A stretch of 64,000 bases of DNA, taken from Lytechinus pictus. Taxonomy: Eukaryota. Under the pieces are notes generated by a model. That model saw only the letters and a program-made list of their open reading frames with translations. It did not search any database and was not told the origin of the DNA. Shown here one piece after another: positions 58,201-64,000 of the stretch. The position numbers were made by a program, and so were the translations under genes. Numbering within the stretch: the first letter of the stretch is position 1; every line of letters begins with the position of its first letter. The stretch spans positions 15,254,001-15,318,000 of the forward strand of contig NC_087250.1 in NCBI RefSeq assembly GCF_037042905.1. The letters are read 5' to 3'.

Positions 58201-61200
58201 GTCAACACCCCCTTTTTCTACTTGACATTTGGTCTAGAGATGCAAAGTTCTTGAAGAATTTTGATGAATCAACTCAAAACAATTTCCTTGCTACAGATAA
58301 ATTCTTTCATTCATTGACTTTGTTCTAGTCACTCCAATACAAAGTTCCTGAGAATAAATATAAAGCTTTTAACGGGTGTATTGAGGATGAGATATATTTG
58401 ACCTTTGACCTCTTGTTCCAGGTTGTTTTACCAACTTTTATTCTGGAGAGACGGTCATTGCTTGAAATGTTTGCAGACTTCATGGCCCTTCCACACATGT
58501 TTGCAAGGTAAGTAGGCATCACATCTAATATTACACAGGTTCAAGGATGTAGCCAATGTTTTGACTCTGCTAAAAGTATGGCAAGCCGAAATGTCAAATA
58601 TATTAAATCTGTCAAATCTGTGTTTACATTGTATGTTCCTTAAGCTTATTTTCTTCTTCCTTCATGCTTTAATCATGGAAATATGAACTGTTTTAGCCAT
58701 AATTCCATGACAGTATTGAATGCTTTAAGTGTCATATGGGTGACACGACATTTGCTCTGGTGACAAATGCTCTGGGCTTTATTACGTCTAAGATATAGGG
58801 TTAGTGTTGCAGTTCAGGATAGGGTATAGTGTTAAATCCAGGGTTGAAGTTGGTCATTCCATTAGTGTGTGGAATTCACAATTGTCGCCAGAGCAAATGT
58901 CAACATTGTTAACATTTGTAACTTCTGGAGGTTTCCATGGCGAAGAAGAATAGTGTAGTAGGTTTCATGGTACACCATGTATCTTTCTTGGGCAAGTGTT
59001 GGTCCCGAAAAGGACCACCCAATATTGACGTTTCGACATGTGTGTTCTTGCCATCTTCAGGAGAATGAGCAAAGTTTGTAAAAGCAGACCTGCTTTTACA
59101 AACTTTACAAAAAAGTCACAAATAACATAAAAATTCTTTATCATTTACAGAATACCAACATTACCGACAGCTGAAGCCAGGATGCTTGCTGTAGTAGAGT
59201 ACTATCTATCTTCATTTCATGTTGGACGAAAGGTAATTCTAGAGGGCATTTTATTCATTATTCTTTGTTTTATCCTAAAGGCCCTCTCACATCAACCGAA
59301 ACTCGCCCACAACAAGTTTTGAACATGTTTAAAGGTTTTCTGCGTGCAAATCAGACCTTTGTGCTAGTAGTCGTTGTAGTAATGTCATCATTGTTATTAT
59401 CATTATTATTATGTTAAGGGTCATTTTTATCTTGTATTTTCCATGTCTATATTTAACTTTAAAAACCTTTAAATATAAAATAAACTGATAATGATTAATC
59501 ATCTATAACCTTTGACCTGCAGGGTTCTCTTGCCAAAAAGCCATACAATCCAATCCTAGGAGAGACATTCCACTGTTCGTGGGTGGTGCCTTCCTCTCCT
59601 TCCACCAGCCAATCACAGGACTCTATGCTAAACGGTGACCAATCAGGACGAGGGGCATCATCAGATGGGAGGGGGTCAGACAGGGTGACCTTTGTTGCCG
59701 AGCAGGTATCCCATCATCCTCCTGGTGAGTCTATCAAAAAAGTTTTGAAATTCTTTAATCCTATTTTAACTGGCCTATTTCAACAGGCTTTATCTTTGGC
59801 CGCCAAACGTGCAATCGTGCTATGCTTGAACATAGAGCTTGATGTGAAGTGATAGCCTGTGCAGTGAAATATTCAACCAAAATATGCTTTATATGTTTTT
59901 TATAGATAATGTACATGTAGATGACATCATAAAAACATGACTATTATCTCTTTTTTGTACATCACCTTTAAAGGTCAAGTCCACCCCAGAAAAAAAGTTG
60001 ATTTAAATAAATAGAGAAAAATAAACATGAATAACACTGAAAACTTCATCAAAATCGGATGTAATACAAGAAAGTTATGACATTTTAAAGTTTCGCTTAT
60101 TTTTCACAAAACAGATCTATGCTCAACTCAGTGATATTCAAATGAGAGAGTTGATGATGTCACTCACTCGCACATGTTCTGGGAGGAATGAAACTTTGTT
60201 TCACATGACAATGACGAGAAAATCAAAATATTTCATGTAATAAAATACAAAAGAAATAGTGAGTGGGTGATGTCATCGGTCCCCTCATTCGCATACCAAA
60301 CAGGATGTGCATATAACTATTTTGAGAAATTAGGCGAAACTTAAAAATGTTATAACTTTCTTATTTTACATCAAATTTTGATGAAATTTTCCGTGTTATG
60401 CTTGTTTGATTTTTCTCTTGCTATTCAAATCAGCTTTTTGTTGGGGTGAACTTGTCCTTTAAGAAATATAAAAACAAAGCGAAGTACAATGAAACAATTC
60501 CAGGTTACTTGGTTTGTTGCAGAACAAAGTGCAATACTAATTTTGTAAAAACTTAATTACAGATAAACAAGATAAGAAAATTTGCATAAATAATTCTACA
60601 TTAGCAATTCCAAAAATAAATTGTTATACTAAATGAAGCACTCCTTTCCAATCTTAAGGCACAGAGGTTAAATAAAAAAAAAAAGGAAAGAAAGTTGTGG
60701 CACCGGAATCTTCCAATCTTATCATGTAGGTAATTCAGTCTGGACTCAGCTGGTAATGATGTACTTTAAAAATGTTTTTATTGTGCCAACCCTGTTATAG
60801 GAAACCAAAACCCAAGAAGAGAAGCAATCTTATTGGAAAGAGTAAAATGAGAGGAACAATTTAAAAAAAAAGTTTCATCAAAATCAGTTGTGAAATAAGC
60901 GAGTTATGGACCATTGAAAAGTCTTGTTGTACTTTCTATGGGGATCCTCATTGGCAAACGTGCTTCAAAATGGCTGATTTTGTGAACAATTCTCCATTTG
61001 TTTTGTACACAAATTTTCAGATTTTCCCCTTTATTTTAAATATTTCACATTATCTCCTCCTGACCTTGACATGTGTGATGTGAATTATATTTTCCCATGA
61101 CATGTATGTTGTGCTCAGAAGGAGGCAAGATGCAATTTGAAAGATAATGAGGAAAAATCTGAAAATTTGTGTACAAAACAAATGGAGAGTTGTTATTATT

Positions 61201-63696
61201 TGTTATTATTTATATTACTTATACATATATTTGTTATTATTAATCTTTTCTCTCCAGTTTCAGCATTCTACGCAGAGTGTGCAGCCAAGCGGATTTGTAT
61301 GAACGCATCGGTCTGGACGAAATCAAAGTTCCTTGGCATGTCCATAGGTGTTAATATGATTGGCGAATGTAAGTTAATTGTTGTAGTTCCTCACAATGGC
61401 AATTTATCCTTAAGAAACATTCTATTAAATACTACAGACTGCGTCTCAGAAAAAAGGAAATGGATTCCCATGCCTTTTTTCTTCAAAGCAAAATGAATTA
61501 TAATATTTAATTTACATCATCATACAATTCAATTGTTCCTCTATATTTTGATACCTTATATGAGACGAATACTTCACGCATTAATGAGCAAGACAAACAG
61601 TGGACTCATGAATAAAACAGAACCACGGCAATAGGCGTCATTTTGGGGCATTGATAAAAGCGCGCATCAGCATTGGACATTTTTTAATACACGCGGTAAA
61701 ATAAGCGTAATTTACACAGGAAATCTACATAAATCATGGACTCAACCGTGGGTTTTCAAAACCACCTTGGTGAATTTGGGCCAGTGTATACAGTGTTTTC
61801 ACATTGTGATCACAGTATTTTCACAGTGCATTGAAAATGTGTTCGTAGTGTTTTCACAGTGCGTTAAAAATGTGTTCAGTATGTTCACAGTGTTTTCACA
61901 TTGTGATCACAGTGCGTTAACAGTGTGTTCACATTGTGATCAGAGTGTTTTCACAGTGCGTTAAAAATGTGTTCAATGTGTTCACAGTGTTTTCACTGTA
62001 AGTTAAAAATGTGTTCAGTGTTTTCACAGTGCATTAAAAATGTGTTCTGTGTGTTCACATTGTGATCAGTGTTTTCACAGTGCGTTAAAAATGTGTTCAC
62101 AGTATGATCACATTTTTTCAGGGCATTAACAGTGTGTTCACAGTGCGTTAACAGTACATTCACAGCGTGTTCACAGTGTTTTCACATTGTGCTCAGTGTT
62201 TTCACAGTGTTTTCACCGTGCATTAACAGTGTGTTCAGTGTTTTCACAGTGCATTAATAGTGTTTTCACATTGTGCTAACAGTGTGTTCACAGTGTTCTC
62301 ACAGTGCATTAACAGTGTATTAACAGTGTTTTCACGTTGTGTTAACAGTGCTTACACAGTGTGTTCAGTGTATTCACATTGGGATCACAGTGGGTCCACA
62401 GTGCTTTAACAGTGTATCCACCTAAACATGCGTTTGACTCTCACAGCTTCAAATAATTTTAGCCCAGACTTAATGTAGTCCAAGGCTTAAGTTAAACCGG
62501 CATTCAGAATACAGGCCAATGGCATTAACCAAATGGCCTTTGACCTTTTCTGCAGGTGCTGTACACGTATTGGAGCACGGGGAGACGTACACTCTCACGT
62601 TCCCTAACGCATATGGAAGGTCCATACTCACGATACCGTGGATGGAGTTAGGGGGAAAGGTTCTGATACAGTGCGCAAAGTCAAATTATTCAGCTTCGAT
62701 TGTCTTCCACACCAAGGTAATATGGTTTGCTTTTCCAGCCCATCAGAGGAAATTATTTTATTATTTTTTCGTGGGGAGGGGTCACTGCCATTGAAGAGTG
62801 GATAGCATCTTGAGAATCGTCCTAAAAAACACACTCTAAATGAGGATTCAAGGGCAGGCTTGTTGGACACTCGAAACATGGATTTTGTGGAGATGTCCCT
62901 GATTTGTGAATTTCATACTCTATTTTATTTGTATTTTAGGCTATCGTGATTTTGGGGACTTTCTTCCTCATTTTTGGCATTTATTACACTCTATGCGGAT
63001 TATGCCTGTTCTGTGCATACCCGCAAAAAACACACATTTTTTAAAGGAATGTGATGAAATAATGCCTCGAATCAGGGAAAAGTCAGGGAATTTTGATTGG
63101 CCCATTATCATAAGCAGTAAGTGAGACTCTGTTGCATATCAAAACAAAATCCATTAGATTACTGCCTATGGTGTTGTTAGTGTGCACTCTCTGACTGCAA
63201 TATAAGTAGCTGTAGTGCATGACCTAAATAATGCCTCTTTAAACATGATTGTGTGCACTAAGAAAAATAAAAGGTGTAGCATTGTAAGGAATAAGTTGAA
63301 ATAATCGTCATGGAATGCTTTGGGGCTACCATCTTTTCTAAAGTCACCCGACAAGTTTTTTCCACAAATAATGTTTACAAACATTTTGAAAATCAATATT
63401 CTACATACATGTATAGCAGAATAATGAGTTTTGCTTTAACAGCATAATTGACCACTGAGCATAAAAATGTAGCCCTTGAAATCAAATAAGCCCCAAAAAG
63501 TCGGCAATCGCCCCATTGTGGCACAAAATAGTATCTAAAAGTAAAAATAAAAAAATGATTTCCCACCCTGTTTTTTTAGCCCTTTTATGGAGGCAAAGTT
63601 CATAGGTTAACAGCGGAGGTCAAGAATCCAGCCAGTCAGACGATCTGTAAGGTCAACGGGGAATGGAATGGAACTTTGGAGTTCAACTACTCATCT
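40258..63696 (+). CDS. OSBPL11: Oxysterol-binding protein-related protein 11/10 (ORP11-like; PH, coiled-coil, ORD), 3' end beyond the window
   Basis: Exons: 40258-40280, 42434-42539, 44239-44286, 46994-47152, 47701-47946, 48540-48581, 49690-49832, (52521-52556 optional), 57125-57282, 57743-57870, 58422-58507, 59151-59232, 59523-59724, 61258-61368, 62556-62716, 63580-63696. All GT-AG and phase-consistent, 604 codons without the optional exon. Motifs: PH domain ([27 protein letters not shown]), [10 protein letters not shown] coiled-coil, [36 protein letters not shown] signature EQVSHHPP. Probably pro-orthologous to vertebrate OSBPL10 and OSBPL11. Confidence 0.94.
42434..42539 (+). CDS. OSBPL11: OSBPL11-like exon, PH domain start ([35 protein letters not shown])
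   Basis: ttacag acceptor, gtaagt donor, ORP PH-domain motif. Confidence 0.95.
44239..44286 (+). CDS. OSBPL11: OSBPL11-like exon ([16 protein letters not shown])
   Basis: Long pyrimidine tract and tag acceptor, gtaagt donor, QKPRG conserved. Confidence 0.93.
44459..45269. mobile_element. ~810-bp non-autonomous DNA transposon with a 4-bp TSD (CATA), nested in a MITE
   Basis: TATAGGGACAG...CTGTCCCTATA; removing it restores the host sequence seen at ~57476. Confidence 0.7.
45892..46833. mobile_element. TTAA-flanked Kolobok-like element (~940 bp)
   Basis: TTAA-GGACGTTCCACAGTTA...TAACTGTGGAACGTCC-TTAA, perfect TIR. Confidence 0.85.
46994..47152 (+). CDS. OSBPL11: OSBPL11-like exon ([41 protein letters not shown]...)
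   Basis: ccacag acceptor, gtgagg donor, PH-domain C-terminal half. Confidence 0.95.
47701..47946 (+). CDS. OSBPL11: OSBPL11-like exon (Ser-rich linker and coiled-coil start, ...[13 protein letters not shown])
   Basis: ccacag acceptor, GAG|gtaagg donor, 82 open codons in phase 0. Confidence 0.9.
48540..48581 (+). CDS. OSBPL11: OSBPL11-like exon ([14 protein letters not shown])
   Basis: ttttttag acceptor, gtgagt donor, LP...SLD aligns with ORP11 as recalled. Confidence 0.9.
49097..49499. mobile_element. MITE inserted into a SINE
   Basis: CAGGGTTCCCAGC...GCTGGGAACCCTG TIR; SINE halves lie on both sides. Confidence 0.75.
49690..49832 (+). CDS. OSBPL11: OSBPL11-like exon ([26 protein letters not shown]...)
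   Basis: tttccag acceptor, AG|gtacat donor, LLLKATSxAT of the ORP9/10/11 coiled-coil. Confidence 0.93.
52521..52556 (+). CDS. OSBPL11: Candidate 36-nt cassette exon of the OSBPL11-like gene ([12 protein letters not shown])
   Basis: atgtag acceptor, CAG|gtaccc donor, symmetric phase 2/2, no stop, GC-richer than its flanks. Confidence 0.5.
55454..55742. mobile_element. TTAA-flanked MITE
   Basis: TTAA-GGCATGGTCGCACTG...CAGTGCGACCAGGCC-TTAA. Confidence 0.75.
57125..57282 (+). CDS. OSBPL11: OSBPL11-like exon (linker [16 protein letters not shown]...NVPTP)
   Basis: acacag acceptor, gtaagt donor, phase 2 to 1 fits neighbouring exons. Confidence 0.85.
57743..57870 (+). CDS. OSBPL11: OSBPL11-like exon (acidic tract and [22 protein letters not shown])
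   Basis: catcag acceptor, AAG|gtaggt donor, ORD lid motif. Confidence 0.95.
57886..58180. mobile_element. hAT-like MITE
   Basis: CATTGGTGGAAATC...GATTTCCGCCCTTG; 8-bp TSD cgagggtt/cgaaggtt. Confidence 0.7.
58422..58507 (+). CDS. OSBPL11: OSBPL11-like exon ([28 protein letters not shown])
   Basis: ttccag acceptor, gtaagt donor, conserved ORD peptide. Confidence 0.96.
58900..59106 (-). mobile_element. Penelope-like pseudo-LTR remnant with a hammerhead ribozyme core (59027-59060)
   Basis: Minus strand reads CTGAAGA-T-GGCA-loop-TGTC-GAAA-CGTC, preceded by a perfect 17-bp-arm hairpin (59071-59106). Confidence 0.65.
59151..59232 (+). CDS. OSBPL11: OSBPL11-like exon ([27 protein letters not shown])
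   Basis: tttacag acceptor, gtaatt donor. Confidence 0.95.
59523..59724 (+). CDS. OSBPL11: OSBPL11-like exon ([20 protein letters not shown]...[11 protein letters not shown])
   Basis: ctgcag acceptor, gtgagt donor, OSBP signature EQVSHHPP. Confidence 0.97.
61258..61368 (+). CDS. OSBPL11: OSBPL11-like exon ([36 protein letters not shown])
   Basis: ctccag acceptor, gtaagt donor, [12 protein letters not shown] conserved. Confidence 0.96.
61780..62410. repeat. ~11-bp minisatellite (ACAGTGTGTTC-like), related to the array at 1-1120
   Basis: Direct reading. Confidence 0.85.
62556..62716 (+). CDS. OSBPL11: OSBPL11-like exon ([11 protein letters not shown]...[15 protein letters not shown]...FHTK)
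   Basis: ctgcag acceptor, gtaata donor. Confidence 0.96.
63580..63696 (+). CDS. OSBPL11: OSBPL11-like exon ([39 protein letters not shown])
   Basis: ttttttag acceptor, gtaagt donor; the gene continues past 64000. Confidence 0.96.
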
Positions 63697-64000
63697 GTAA
63701 GTATATTTGGCCAATGAGGATTCCAAATGATAAAACAAATAACGCACAGAACTTGGTGTGCTAATGGAAATGCAGTGGACACAAGGTTTCTTTTGATAGC
63801 TGCCACACAGTTCAAGGGCCCAGTGAGCACCATCTGAATTTATTTTCACACATTCGATTCAATTCAATTTATTTTATTTTAATTTTTAGATAATAAACAT
63901 AAGAACAAACTTATGCATACGTAATATACAAAGCAGATCAGAGTTCATAATAGATACTTCAGTTACAAATAATATTATGCAAAGTGATTGGTAGTAAATA

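Noticed and set aside
61366..62560. Cys in place of the usual Gly at the GE(G) junction as a sign of mis-splicing or pseudogenisation
   Set aside because: Splice sites are canonical and the frame is intact; a single substitution is the simpler explanation

Overview
Eukaryotic, AT-rich, repeat-dense animal DNA. The repeat families and intron style suggest a sea urchin or other echinoderm (inference). Two spliced protein-coding genes lie head-to-head and were reconstructed by hand with consistent GT-AG boundaries and frame. (1) A complete RUNDC1 orthologue on the minus strand: 14 coding exons, 26919->11098, 586 aa. (2) An OSBPL11/OSBPL10-type oxysterol-binding-protein-related gene on the plus strand (PH, coiled-coil and ORD with EQVSHHPP): 15 coding exons plus a candidate 36-nt cassette exon, from 40258 to beyond the window end. 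A possible first exon of a third gene points off the left edge. Introns are packed with non-autonomous DNA transposons (TTAA/Kolobok-like, CWG/Harbinger-like, 8-bp-TSD hAT-like, CCC-ended EnSpm-like, TA-flanked), tRNA-derived SINEs, an L2-type LINE 3' end and microsatellites. Most notable observations: a SINE fragment with a 7SL/Alu-like head joined to a Deu-like domain; two Penelope-like remnants with hammerhead-ribozyme cores and inverted 5' ends; repeated local duplication of exon boundaries, including two partial exon copies with a synonymous-change bias; a TGACCTTTGACC motif next to several 3' splice sites; and roughly tenfold or greater excess of the palindrome TACATGTA. Most ORFs in the supplied track are spurious. 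Family assignments rest on recalled consensus features, not database searches.
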